Below, in pieces: positions 13,101 to 27,068 of a stretch of 64,000 nt of DNA. A model generated the notes under the pieces. It worked only from the letters and a program-made list of their open reading frames with translations. It was not told where the DNA came from and did not search any database. A program made the position numbers and the translations under genes. Source of the DNA: Geosiphon pyriformis uo1 (taxonomy: Eukaryota; Fungi; Glomeromycota); assembly GCA_016748015.1 (NCBI GenBank), contig JAAOMT010000494.1, forward strand, positions 674,190-738,189. Direction: 5' to 3'. Each line of letters opens with the position of its first letter. The stretch's first letter is position 1.

Positions 13101-16100
13101 AATAGCTGGTAGCCTAAACTACTGCTAAGCATTCCTGCTCAGTAACTGAATAGTTCTTTTCTGCTGGTATAAGGATTCTACTGGCATAGGCTATTATATG
13201 TTCCCTGCCATCTTCATTTTTTTGTAAGAGAACAGCACCAAGTCCATAGTCAGATGCATCAGTGTGAAGAATGAAAGGTTAATCCAGATTAGATTGCTTG
13301 AGAATAGATTCTGTAACCAATTTTTCTTTAAGAGTTTCAAATGCTTTCTGCTGATGTGTGCCCCAATAGTAGTTAACATTTTTCCTGAGTAGTTGATTGA
13401 GTGGAGAGGCAATTTTGAAGAAATCTTTAACAAATTTGTAATAATAAGAGGCCAAACCAAGGAAAGAACATAACTCATAAACATTCATTGGTTGTCTTAT
13501 GTTCTGAATTTTTTCCACTTTGGCTGGATCAAGAAAGATTCCATCTTTTGTAATAAGATGGCCAAGGAATTGAGTGGATTGTCTTCTAAAAAAAAATTTA
13601 ATTGGGTTGATCTTAAGACCTGCATTTCTGAGAAAATCAAAAACCTTTTGCAAATGTTCAAGGTGTTCATCCCAAGTTTTTGAGTACACCATTATATCAT
13701 CCAAATAGATTAGAACAAAGTTTTCTTTCACTGATTCAAATACTTTATCCATTAAGCATTGAAAGATAGGAGGGGCATTAGTAAGACCAAAAAGCATGAC
13801 TGTGAATTCATAGATGCCATACTTGATAATAAAGATGGTTTTCTTCCAGCTTTCTGGATCCATCTCTACTTGCCAGAATCCAGCAGTTAGATCAATGGTT
13901 GAAAAGAAAGCAGCATCTTTGAATTGGTCTAGCATTGCATCAATCTTGGGAAGTGGGTACATGTCTCTTTCAATGATGGCATTTAATTGGCAGTAGTCAA
14001 CACAGAAGCATAGAGTTTCACCTTTCTTGGATACCACTACAACTGGAAAAGCCCATTCACTCTTAGTTTTTTGTATAAATCCAAGTTCTTTCATGTGATT
14101 TATTTCTTTCTTGATGAACTCATCATTTTGGCAATTGAATTGGTAAGACTTCAAATGGATGGGGCAAGTTTCTCTGATGGTGATGGTGTGTTATATCACA
14201 TGGAGTATCATCTTCTTTTAAGATAACTGGGCTGTTTCTTGCCAACAGATTTTCAATGTCTATTTTTCTTTCTTCTGGGGAGAGTTCTCTTTGTTTTACT
14301 ACTAATAATTGAATCTCAGGTGGTTTATTTTCAAAGAACTTCTGTACTTCTTTTAATTTATTTCTAGGTATCAAACTGATTGGTTTCTAATCTTTGTAAT
14401 AAATCAGGCATAATTTGCATTCATCACTTGGAGAATACAAGGGTTGGTTGCACCAGCACTGGGCACAAAGACCATGTCACCAATAACAGTACTTGGCTTT
14501 CTTGCCAGGCTTTTGGTCAAAAATTCTTCTAAGAATATCATAGTAGGGCCAGCAGATCAGCTTGCCATTTACAATGATTTCTTCTTTGTCAGCTTTGACA
14601 TTGTCCAGTGGCTTGCCATTGCTGGTGAAGATAGTGTATGCAAAATTCAGCAGTTTCTTTTTGTTCCTCTTGTTCTTTTTCTTTATCACTCTTTTCATCA
14701 TCTGATTTATCTAATTGTTTTTTTTTTGATCTTGTTTGTTTGCTGGGGGAGTTGTCCAATGGCAGTATTTAACCACTATGGACTTTTCACCACATCTGAT
14801 GGTTAATTCACACAGTTCATAGTCAAGTAAAACTTTTGCTTTCTTGAGCCACTCATTGCCAACAATAATGGTGTATTCTTTTGCTTCAGAAACCTCCATA
14901 TCAGTTTCAATGCTAATGCTATTGATGTGGACAGAAATAGCTTTGGCAATACCAAGACCTTTTTTTTTATTGCCATATACATTAGTTATAGGTCTGGTGG
15001 AAGGTTTGTCAATTTTTCTGCCAATTGCTTCTAAGAAATATTTGGCAATGACACTCACGGATGATCCACTGTCTAGGATCAAGTCAATGAAATAACCAGC
15101 CACTTGGGCTTTGCAAATTAAAGGAGTAATATTGCTGTTGTCAGCAAGTTCAGCTTAATAAGAGTGTTTGTTGGTTTTTGGTATTTTCTTCTTGAGGATT
15201 AGAGATTTGCAGAAATCTTTTCTAAACTGTGAATGGGTCATCAGCTGGCCAAAAGTAATATGTGCTGGGGTTTCCATGAGATCTTTAACAACAGAATAAG
15301 ATCCAGATTTTTGTACTATTTCTGGAGGTTTTAGCTTTGGAGGATTCTTAAAAACTTTAGCCTTTGGTGGCTCATTATTATTAGCAGTTGATGTGAATGG
15401 TTTGTTTGGATCCAAAACAAAATCAATCTTGGCTTTCTTCTTCTTTTTTGTTGATTCTGTGGTGTTAATTGCTAGTTCATCCATGTCATGGTCATTATCA
15501 GTTAAGTTAAAGATGTAAAAAGGGTTTTCTTCTGGTTGACTTGCACTCTTATCCTTTGGAGGTGCATCTACCAGTTTAAAGGCTAATAAACAGTGGCTTC
15601 AACTAAGGAATCCTTTCCAAAGAAATTGATATTGGCATAATTAGGTCTTTGATTGGGGGTGTTGTTGTTAATAGTTCTATTGTTTTGGTTATCATTGTTT
15701 CTGGAAGCTGGAGGAGGTAAGGGAAGATTGTTGTAATCTCTTGAAAAATGTCCAGTTAATCCACAATAATAGCATACAGATGGGCCATGATTTTGTTGTC
15801 TTTGATAAGGTGGTTGCTGAGGTTGATTGAAGCATAGTTCAAATCTGGGTCTTTGGGGTTGCTGGTTATCTCTGACTGCTTGGACTAATGGTTTTAATAG
15901 CTGAGCAAGATTTGCTGTAAGTCTATCTATCAACTGTTTATTTGGGTCTTGAGTTTGGGCAGCAAAAGAAGTAGCAGTTATTTGAAGAGCAGGAGCCATG
16001 ACAAAAACAGGAGCAAAAACTGAAAGTGTAAACCCCAAATGCATTCTTTGGACAAGTTCAATAGCTATGTCCATTGTAGAGTTATCCTTCAAAGCCAAAA

Positions 16101-17806
16101 GAGGCCAAAGAGCATAAGATAAATCAGTTCTCAGTCCTTTCATGAAGGAATGAATTTTTTGCTCTTCTGTTTAGTTCCTTTTAGAGTCTATATGTTTGAT
16201 CAATTTTCTGATTGCTTTGGCATATTCAGTTACTATTTTTCCTGGGCCTTGGATTCTTCTTTCTAATTCTATGCACCACTTGGATATTAAGATTAGAATT
16301 CTGAACTTGTTTTCAAACCAGATTGTAAAAGAGATGTTGTTTTCTCTGGCATTTGCTGGCATCCATCTAATGATTCTTTGATGGGCATTAGCATCAGTTT
16401 CCTGTGAGAACCATGTAGCAGGAGAGCCTTGGAGGTAGCCACCAACAATTTAAAACTTGCACTCATTATCGTATTGGTTGGCTGTAGTAGCTCTTTCAAA
16501 GTCATCTAATCATTCAAATGGATCTTGGGCATCACTTCTGAATAATGGTAATGGGGTGTTGTTTCTTCGCCCTAAAGCAGTCTGTATACCTTGGAGGGCA
16601 ATCAGAATGTTTTGTTGCAAAGAATCTTAAGCCATTGGTTTAGGTGTAACTGTTTGTGTGAAGTGTTCTGATTCACTTGAAAAGAGATCAAAAACAGAAG
16701 CAGTTTGATAGCTTTCTTCTTCTGTTTCAAGAAGAGTTTCTGTTGATTGATGGACAGCAATCTAAATGTGGATTTGATGATTCAGATATTCAAAATCAGA
16801 GGGCTGTTGTTCAAAAGTTGTAGAATATAAAAGCTGATTGATACTGTTGTTTCTTCCTTCAAAGTCATCTTTAAAATAAACTTGGTCAAAGTAATAGATT
16901 GTATAAGCTGTGTAGGTTTCAGCTAAATGCTCATTCAAAAACCAGTTTCAAAAGTTTTGGAAATGTCTGCTGGATTGTTTTTCAATGGGAAAGCAAATTA
17001 AACAGGAAGGCAAAGGATTGAGTTCAATAAAGTCTAGATTATTTTTGTTGTGTACTTTAAAATGTTCTTCTGATTGTTGTAACAGATATAAATAATCACT
17101 TATACAATAAGAAATAAAGTGGATTTTGACAACCTCATAGGGAGCACCACTTTTATGTTATGGGTTGAAGTAACAAGCTAATGGATAGCAAAGGAGAACA
17201 GAATTGTAGGGTGATGGAAATAATCAAAGAGGATTCAACTTCAATGAGAGAATTGAATGAGTATGGATTCAATGTGCAAGATCAGTCTCATAAAATATCT
17301 CAGTTGCTATTCTTTTCAAAAGGTAACAAAAAAATTTGAAGGTAGAGGGATAGTCCATATTGTCAACAATTAATAACTGCTGGTATAATTCTATGTCTTA
17401 TGTCAGCACTCTTAGAATTTAATATCAGATATCAATTTGTGTTCTTTAGTTACATTTATTTAAATAATCTTCAAATACTGCAATTACACATTTCAGGAAA
17501 GTGCCAACAAGTAATTTTTTATCTAAAAGATGTTCAGATACTTGAAGATAGGGAAAGGGAAATTAACAATAAGAAAATGTTTGAGATGGAAGTTTGTTAT
17601 TTTATTTCTTTGATTGTTTTAATTCTTTACATTAATATTTTTCTACAGCTAAGAGACTCATCACTTATATATCTATTGAAAGTAGTCAATAACCAAGTCA
17701 ATAATCAGGTCAATGATCACTATTTAAAAATAGGGTGGCTAATTATATGACATCAGTGGCTAATATATGTGATAACTAATAAAAACTATAAGTTTCAACC
17801 ATAACA
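10166..17806 (-). mobile_element. Ty3/Gypsy family A, copy 1: full length, degenerate gag-pol-ORF3
   Basis: LTRs 10166-10852 and 17156-17806 with TG...CA ends and ATAT TSD (10162-10165, 17807-10). PBS next to the 5' LTR. Gag CCHC knuckle, protease 'LILDSGSSVSVI', RT 'YLDD', RNase H and integrase occur in the Gypsy order PR-RT-RH-IN. Confidence 0.95.
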
Positions 17807-18218
17807 ATATCACATGTATTAGCCACTTGATATTACATAATTAGCCATTTTATTTTTAGATATTGATTATTAACTTAATCAATAATCTAATTATTGATCT
17901 AGTTATTAATCTGGTCATTAACTCTTTTTAGTAGCTATATAAGTAATGAATTTTCCAGCTGTAAAAAAGCATAAAATTAAAGTAATAAAAATAATAATCA
18001 CATATTTATTTCTTTTTCTTATTTTATTATTTTTAAGTATTTAAACAAAAAATTTATTAATATTTACATGTCTTATTTTTGCTTTGTATTATTAAAATTA
18101 GTTTAAAAAACTGTTTTGTTTACTTTTATAATTTATTAAATAAAAAAACAATTAAAAAACACAATAATATTTGTTATTAATTTTAAATATTATTAAGTAA
18201 AACATAAAATAATAATAG
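17807..18218 (+). mobile_element. Old, very AT-rich family A-related LTR remnant that was the target of copy 1 (its first ~35 bp lie at 10131-10165)
   Basis: 'ttacggttgaaaaccatagtttttattaatat' left of copy 1 joins 'atatcacatgtattagccac' right of it, rebuilding the LTR 5' end. Confidence 0.75.
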
Positions 18219-21200
18219 TATTACAGTTGAAATCCATAATTTTTATTAGTTATTACATGTATTAGCCACTAATGTCATATAATTAGCCACTCTATTTTTA
18301 AATAGTGATCATTGACCTGGTTGTTAATCACTTTCATTAGCTATATAAGCAATGAGTCTCTTAACTGTAAAAAATCATCTCTCAGACAAGAATCAAATAA
18401 ATAAAAATAACAACTTTTATCTCAATCACTCTCTTATTGCTAATTTCTCTTTCCCTACCTTCAAGTATCCGAACATCTTAGAATAAAAGATTACTTGTTG
18501 GCCTTTTTCTGTTTGAATAATTGTAGTATTTGAAGACTATTTGTATAAACGTGGCTGAAAAGCACAAGTTGATATCTAATATTGAATTTAAGAGCGCCAA
18601 TGTGAAGGCATAAGATTAATACCAGCAGTAATCAATTGTTGACAGTACGGACTATCCCTCTACTTTCAGATTCTCCAGTTACCTTTGAAAAGAATAGCAA
18701 CTGAGATATTTTATGAGACTGATCTCACACATTGAATCCATACTCATTCAATTTGCTCATTAAAGTTAAATCTTTTTTGATTATTTTCATCACCCTACAA
18801 TCCTGTTCTTTTTTGCTATCCGTTAGCTTGTTACTCCAACCCATAACATAAAAGTGGTGCTTTCTATGAAGTTGTCAAAATTCACTTATTCCCTCATTGT
18901 ATGGGTGATTATTCATATCTGTTACAGCAATTAGAAGAACACTTTGCAGCACACAACAGAAATGACTTAGATTTCATTAAACTTAATCCTCTGCCCTCCT
19001 GCTTGATCTGCTTTCCCATTGAAGAACAATCCAGCAGACAATTCTAAGACTTGTGGAACTGGTTCTTGAATGAGCATTCAGCTGAAATCTACACAACTTA
19101 TACAACCTATTACTTTGATCAAGCTTATTTTGAAGATAACTTTGAAGAAAGAAACAACAGTATTAATCAGCTCTTATATTCTACAACTTTTGAACAACAG
19201 CCCCCTGATTTTGAATATCTGAATCATTAAATCCACATTTGGATTGCTGCCCATCAATCAACAGTAACTCCCCTTGAAACAGAAAAAGAAAGCTACCAAA
19301 CAGCTCCTATTTTTAATCTCTTTTTAAGTGAATCAGAACACTCTACACAAACAGTAACTCCTAAACCAATGGCCCAAGATCCAATGTAAGTAAACATCCT
19401 GGCTGCCCTCCAAGACATACAAACTGCTTTGGGACAAAAAAACAACACCTCACTACCCTTATTCAGAGATGATGCCCAAGATCCAATTGAATAGTTGGAT
19501 GATTTTGAAAGAGCAGCCACTGCAAACTAGTATGATGATGAATACAAGTTCCAAATCATTGGTGGCTATCTTCAAGGCTCCTCTGCTACCTGGTTTTTAC
19601 AAGAAACCAATGCTGGTGCTCAACAAAGAATTGTTAGATGGACTCCAGCAAATATTAGAGAAAACAACACCTCTTTTACTACCCAGTTTGAAAACAAATT
19701 CAGAACCCCTATCTTAATATCCAAATGACATATGGAATTAGAAAAAGGAATCCAAGGTCCTGGTGAAATTGTGACTGAATATGCCAAAGCAATCAGAAAA
19801 CTCATCAAGCATGTAGACTCTGATAAAAACTGGACTGAAGAGCAAAAGATCCACTTCTTCACAAAAGGATTGAGAACTGATTTATCGTATGCTCTTTGGC
19901 CTCTCTTGGCTCTGAAAGACAACCCTACAATGAATATGGCTATTGAACTCGCCCAAAGGATTGAAGATAACCAAAGAATGCATCTGGAATCCACACTTCC
20001 AATTTTTGCTTCTGCTTCTCAAGTGGCTGCTACTTCTTTTGCTGTCTAAACCCAAGACCCAAATAAACAATTAATAGATAGACTTACAGCTAACCTTGCC
20101 CAGTTATTAGAACTATTGGCACAAGCAGTCAGAGATAACTAGCAACCACCAAGACTTAAATATAAACCTTGTTTTAACCAGTCCTAGCAATCTTTCTATC
20201 AAAGACAGCAAAATTGTGGCCCACCTGTGTACTATTGTTGTGGATTAACTGTACATTATTTAAGAGATTGTAACAATCCTCCACTGCCTTTTCCAGCTCC
20301 CAGAAACAATGACAACCAAAACAACAAACCCAATAACAACAATAATGTTCTCAATCAAAAATCCAATCATGTCAACATTAATTTCTTTGGAGAGGATTCC
20401 CTAGTTAAAGCCACTGTTTATCAGCCTTTAAACTGGTAAGCACATCTCCAAAGAGTAAGATTGCAAGCCAACCAGAAAAAAACCTCTTTTATGCTTTTAA
20501 CTTAACTGATGATGATAAGGACATGGATGAACTAGCAATCAACACCTCAGAACCAACCAGAAAGAAGAAGAAAGCCAAAGTTGATTTTGTTCTAGATCTC
20601 AACAAAGCCTCAACTTCTGCCGCTGATAACAATAAGCCACCAAAGGCTAAAATTTTTAAGAATTCTCCAAAGTTAGAATCTCCAGAAATTGTACAAAAAT
20701 CTGGACTCTATTCTGTTGTCAAAGATCTCATGGAAACTCCAGCACATATTACCTTTGGCCAGTTAATAACTCACCCACAGTTCAGAAAAGATCTTTGCAA
20801 ATTCTTGATTCCAAAAAAGAAGACACCAAAAACCAACAAGCGCTCTCGCCAAGTTGAACTTGCTGACAACAGCAATGTCACTCCTTTGATTTGTAAAGCC
20901 CAAGTGGCTGGATACTTTATTGACTTAATTCTGAACAGTGGATCATTTGTTAGTGTTATTGCCAAACACTTCTTGGAAGCAATTAGTAGAAAGATTGATG
21001 AACCTTCTACCAGACCAATGACCAATATACATGGTGACAAAAAAAAAAAACTGGGTATTGCCAAAGCTGTTCCTGTCTGCATCAATGGAATCAACATTGA
21101 AACTAACATGGAAGTTTCTGAAGCCAAGGAATACACCATTATTATTGGCAATGAATGGCTCAAGAAAGCAAAAACTTTGCTTGATTATGAACTTTGTGAA

Positions 21201-24200
21201 TTAACTATCAGATGTGGTGAGAAACCCATTGTGGTTAAGTGTCGCCATTGGACAACTCCCCCAGTACCCAAACAAAACCAAGAAGAAGAACAATCAGATG
21301 AATCAGATGATAAAGAAAGTGATGAAGAAGAAAAACAAAAAGAGCAAGAAGAAACTACTGAACTCGCCTATATCACCTTGACCAGCAATGGCAAACTACT
21401 GGACAATGTTAAAGCAGACAAAGAAGGAATCATTGTTAATGGCAAGCTGATCTGCTGGCCTTATTATGATATTCTTAGAAGAACCTTTGAAAAAAAACCT
21501 GGCAAAAAAAGCCAAATACAGTTATTGGTGGCATGGTCTTTGTGCCTGGTGTTGGTGCAACAAACCCTTGTATTCTCCAAGTGATGAATGCAAATCATGC
21601 CTGATCTATTACAGAGATTGGAAACCAATCAGTTTGATACCCAGAGAAAAATTGAAAGAAGTACAGAAGTTCTTTAAGAATGAACCACCTGAGATCCAAT
21701 CACTGGTTGTAGCACAAAAAAAACCCTCTCCAGAAAAAAGAAAAATAGACATTGAAAATTTGCTGGCTAGAAATAGCCCAGTTATCTCCAAAGAAGGTGA
21801 TACTCCTGGACATACCCATGTGATACAACACATTATCACCACCAGAGAAACTTGACCCATCCATTTGAAGCCTTATCAATCCAATCGGCGTAATGATAAG
21901 TTTATCAAGAAAGAAATAAACCAGATGAAAAAACTTGGATTTATACAAGAAACTAAGAGTGAATGGGCTTTCCCAGTTGTAGTGGTATCCAAGAAAGGTG
22001 GAACACTATGCTTCTGTGTTGACTATTGCCAATTAAATGCCATCATTGAAAGAAACATGTACCCACTTTCCAAGATTGATGCAATGTTAGATCAATTCAA
22101 AAATGCTGCTTTTTTCTCAACTATTGACTTAACTGCTGAATTCTGGCAAGTAGAGATGAATTCAGAAAGCAGAAAAAAAACTGCTTTCATCACCAAGTAT
22201 GGCACCTATGAATTCACAGTCATGCCTTTTGGTCTCACCAACATCCCTCCCACCTTTCAATGCTTAATGGATAAAGTATTTGAATCAGTCAAGGAAAACT
22301 TTGTTCTAGTCTATTTGGACGACATAATAGTATACTTAAAAACCTGGGATGAACACCTGGAACATTTGCAAAAGGTTTTTGACCTCCTCAGAAATGCTGG
22401 CCTCAAGATCAACCCAATCAAATCTTTCTTTGGAAGACAATCCACCCAGTTCCTTGGTTATCTTATCACAAAAGATGGAATTTTTCCTGACTCAGCCAAA
22501 GTTGAAAAAGTCCAAAACATTAAACAACCAATGAACATTCATGAACTATGCTCTTTTCTTGGTTTGGCCTCTTATTATTGCAAATTTGTCAAGGATTTCT
22601 CTAAAATCGCCTTTCTTCTCAATCAGCTACTCAGGAAAAATGTCAATTACCATTGAGGAACACATTAGCAAAAAGCCTTTGAAACTTTAAAGGAAAAACT
22701 GATTACAGAACTCATCTTCAAGCAACCTGATCTAGATTGACCCTTTATCCTCCACACTGATACATCTGGCTTTGGACTTGGTGCTGTTTTCTCCCAGAAA
22801 AATGAAAATGGCAAAAAACATGCCATAGCCTTTGCCAGTAAAACTCTTTCCCCAGCAGAACAGAACTATTTTGTCACTGAACAAAAATGCTTAGCAGTAG
22901 TATGGTCCACCAGTTACTGAAGTAAGTATCTTCTTGGTGTGAAGTTTTTGGTGGTAACAGATTACCAAGCTTTGGTTTGGCTGTGCAACAAAAAGAGACT
23001 AAAACACAAATAGATAACTCACTGGATACTCTATTTGAATGAATTTGACTATGATATTCAACATTGCAAAGAAGCTAATCATTAAAATGCCAACACTCTC
23101 TCCAGACTTACTATCCAATGACAGAACAACTCTCTCAAACCAAACCAACTTAATTATTAGTAATTCCCTCTTTTTGACAAACACGATAATGGACTTGGAC
23201 AACTACTCTGCCTTAATAGAATTTTTGGATAAAGAACAATACCCACTGAAATACACATGACAACAAAGAGAACATTTGTGCAAACAATCAAATTTCTATT
23301 TGATTTGCCAGAACCAACTTTATAAAAAAAATAGAAAAAATCCTGACTGTTCTCAGAAAGTCATCAGATTTGAAGAAAAAGAAATTGTGATCTACAATAT
23401 GTACACTAATCCATTAGCTAAACACTTTGGAAAAACAAAAACAATTCAGAAAACTTTAGCTCATTATTATTGGCCTACCTTGGAAAAAGACATTGCTAAA
23501 TACATCAAAACCTGTGATATCTGCCAAAGAAGAGAAAAACCCAATCGCAAAGAAGATATCCATCTAATCTCTGTTGGTTAACCCTTTGACAGAATTGGTA
23601 TAGATGTTGTTGGACCTTTAATAATAACTCCTGATGACAACAGATACATTATTACAATTACTGACTATCTTATAAAGTGAGTAGAAGCAAGAGTCACTCC
23701 AGATCAAACAGCAGTCTCAATAGCCAATTTTATTTATGAAGATATCATTTGTCACCATGACTGTTCCAAAGAACTTTTATTTGACAGAGGAAGAGCTTTT
23801 CTCAGTACATTTGTTGAAGAACTTTGCAGAAAAATGGGAATACATCACAAACTTTCCTCTTCTTATCACCCCCAAACAAATAATCTAGTAAAATGTTTCA
23901 TTAAAACACTATGTGAAACTCTAGCCAAAACCAGCGAAAAAACAAACTTATAGAACAAAGTACTGCTTTCAGCTTTGTTTGCTTATAGAACTGTGAATCA
24001 TGACATAACAAGTTATAAACTCTTTTATTTACTCTATGGATGAATGGCAACCTTACCAATAGAAACTGACATTAAGACAATATTCTTTGAAGAAATAACA
24101 ATAGGGAATTACAAAGACATTTTGCAAAGAAGACTTGGTACCATTTTTGACTCATTAGTAGAAGCATGGATAATTGTTTTTGAAAAGATAAAACAATTCC

Positions 24201-25824
24201 AAGAGAAGCTTAAGAAAAAGAAAACATATAAAACACTTTCCTTAAGTGTTAGCAACTTAGTTTTAGAATACTATTTAGACAGAGACAATGTCTATGGTAA
24301 TAAATTCTCTAGCTAGTGGAAAAAACCCTTTATAGTCAACAAAGTTTTGAACAATAGTTCTTATATCTTACAAGATCAATATGAAACAATCTTTAATGAT
24401 CACTCTGTTTATGGCACATGACTCAAGAAATATCACAAACGACCTGATTGGTTATTTGTTGTGGTAATACCAACCCAAATGATCAACAAAAATCAAATAT
24501 AAATAAATGCACCATTCCCAAAACAGAGGTATCTTTAATTGACATGAACAATTATTTCCTAGATTAAAACATTCAAAACACTTTCTACACTTTCCATGAG
24601 TACTGGATCAAAAATTATCCAAATGCTACTCTGACCATTGGAAAACAAACCACCATAACTGATAACAGTAGAACACATACTGTTATTAAACCAAAAAAAA
24701 CCACTACCAGAAGAGAAAAAATTGGTAGCAAAATGGATAAGTATTTGCTAGAAAGCATAACAGCAACAATACTTACACCTTCCATGACAATTGGAAAAAC
24801 AATTAAGAAAATCTTGCCCATAGACAAAAACTTGTCATATGAAAGACAACTAAAACTCTATGGTCATCTTGGTGAAATCATAGAAAAAATGAAGCTTATG
24901 AAAAAAACAACTTCAGAAATACAAGTGGAAATTTTGGGCATTATATGTTTAGATGTCCCAAGAGTTTTGACCATTGCAAGAAGAGCCAAAACTCTTATAA
25001 AAAGATTTGGTCTCTTGGATACAAAGCTTATTTTGCCTCAAGTACTATACACTCTATCCACAAAAGACTTCAACAAACTAGTTAGTTTTAAGTTAAACAA
25101 AACTCTTCAATTAGAATATCCTATAAATAGCTTGATTTTACCGGAGCTCAATCTCTTTGGAAAGGATAATGTTATGATTGAAACCCATAATTTTTATTAG
25201 TTATCACATGTATTAGCCACTGATGTCATATAATTAGCCACTCTATTTTTAGATAGTGATCATTAACCTGATCAATGACCTGACCGTTAATCTAGTTGTT
25301 GACCACTTTCATTAGTTATATAAGCAATAAGTCTCTTAAATGTAGAAAATCATCTCTCAGACAAGAATCAAATAAATAAAAATAACAACTTTCATCTTAA
25401 TCACTCTCTTATCGCTAATTTCTCTTTCCTTACCTTTAAGTATCCAAACATCTTAGAATAAAAGATTACTTGTTGGCCTTTTCCTGTTTGAATAATTGTA
25501 GTATTTGAAGATTATTTGTATAAACGTGACTGAAGAGCACAAGTTGATACCTGATATTGAATTTTAAGAGCGCCAATGTAAAGGCATAAGATTAATACCA
25601 GCAGTGATCAATTGTTGACAGTACGGACTATTTCTCTACCTTCAGATTCCCCAGTTACCTTTGAAAAGAATAGTGACTGAGATATTTTTTAAGACTAATC
25701 TCGCACATTGAATCCATACTCATTCAATTTGCTCATTGAAGTTAAATCCCCTTTGATTATTTCCATCACTTTACAATCCTGTTCTCCCTTGCTATCCATT
25801 AGCTTGTTACTCCAACCTGTAACA
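18219..25824 (+). mobile_element. Ty3/Gypsy family A, copy 2: full length, degenerate
   Basis: LTRs 18219-18848 and 25170-25824, PBS ~18855, gag ATG 18901, frameshift site ~20427, PR/RT/RH/IN ORF fragments, ORF3 ending 25200. The two flanks are not contiguous. Confidence 0.93.
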
Positions 25825-26079
25825 ATATCAAAGGAAGAATAATTGATACAAGATATGTTGAAAATTTTATTGCAATATTACAAAATGACTCAGAAAAAAA
25901 TACTCAATTAAACTAAATGAAAAGATAGCAAAGATAATATTTCTGTCTTTAATTAAAATAACTCAATTAGTATTAGTGAAAATAAGAGAAGAATTAAGAA
26001 TTACAACAAGAAAAATAAAGAGATTTGGATCTACAAATAGAGTAAAAATACTAATCAATATAGCAAAAAAAGAAATTAT
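25825..26079 (+). pseudogene. dUTPase relic, probably from another retroelement
   Basis: Translates as 'IKGRIIDTRYVENFIAILQND..EKIAKIIFL..TRKIKRFGST'. This matches dUTPase motifs 3 (GxIDxGYxG), 4 (IAQ) and 5 (RGxxGFGST) after mostly G>A decay. Confidence 0.65.
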
Positions 26080-27068
26080 TATTACAGGTTAAAATAATAA
26101 GCTAACGGATAGCAAAGAAGAACAAAATTATAGAGTGATAAAAAAAATCAAAGAGAATTCAACTTCAAAGATCAAATTGAATGAGTATAAATTCAATGTG
26201 TAAAATTAGTCTCATAAAATATCTCAGTCATTATACTTTTTAAAAGTTAACTAGAGAATCTGAAGGTAGAAAAATAGCTCATACTGTCAACAAATGATCA
26301 CATACTAGTATAATTCTATGCCTTATGTCAGTGCTCTTAGAATTCAATATCAAGTATTAAATGTACTCTTTAATTATATTTTATTCAATAATCTTCAAAT
26401 ATTACAATTACATGTTTCAGGAAAAGGTAGAGAATAACCAATAAGTAATTTTTTATCCCAAAATGTTTGAATACTTGAAGGTAGGGAAAGGGAAATTAGC
26501 AATAAAAAATAAATTAAGATGAAAATTGTTATTTTATTTATTTTATTTCCTTGATTTTTGACATGTCTTTCTACAATTAAAAGATTTATTGCTTATATAG
26601 CTATCAAAAATGGTTAATGGTCAGGTCAATGATCAGGTTAATGATTAGGTCAATAATCAAGTTAATGATCAGATCAATGATTAGATCAATAGTCAAGTTA
26701 TTGATCAGATCACTATCTAAAAATAGGGTGGTTAATTATATAACATTAGTGACTAATACATGTAATAACTAATAAAAAGTATGAGTTTCAACTATAACAT
26801 CATTCTTTTCAAAGAGATTGAGCTCTGACAAAATCAAGCTATTCATGAGGTAATCTATTTGAAGAGTTTTGTCTAATTCAAAACTAACTAGTTTATTAAA
26901 GTCTTTGATAAATAAGATGTATAATATTTAAAGTGAAATGAGTTTTGTATTCAAGAGACCAAATTTTTGTATTAGAGTTTTGGCTCTTTTAGCAATAATT
27001 AAAATTCTTAGAACATCTAATTATATAATGTCCAAAATTTCTGCCTGTATCTCTAAAATTGTTTTCTT
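26080..27068 (-). mobile_element. Ty3/Gypsy family A, copy 3: 3' LTR plus ORF3 end only
   Basis: LTR 26080-26799, followed by PPT and ORF3 C-terminal sequence. It is cut off by the ORF1-only element. Confidence 0.85.

Noticed and set aside
26615-26712. Short repeat arrays as CRISPR or telomeric repeats
   Set aside because: These are contiguous 12-bp units with no spacers, inside LTRs of a eukaryote. No TTAGGG-type array was seen anywhere in the window.
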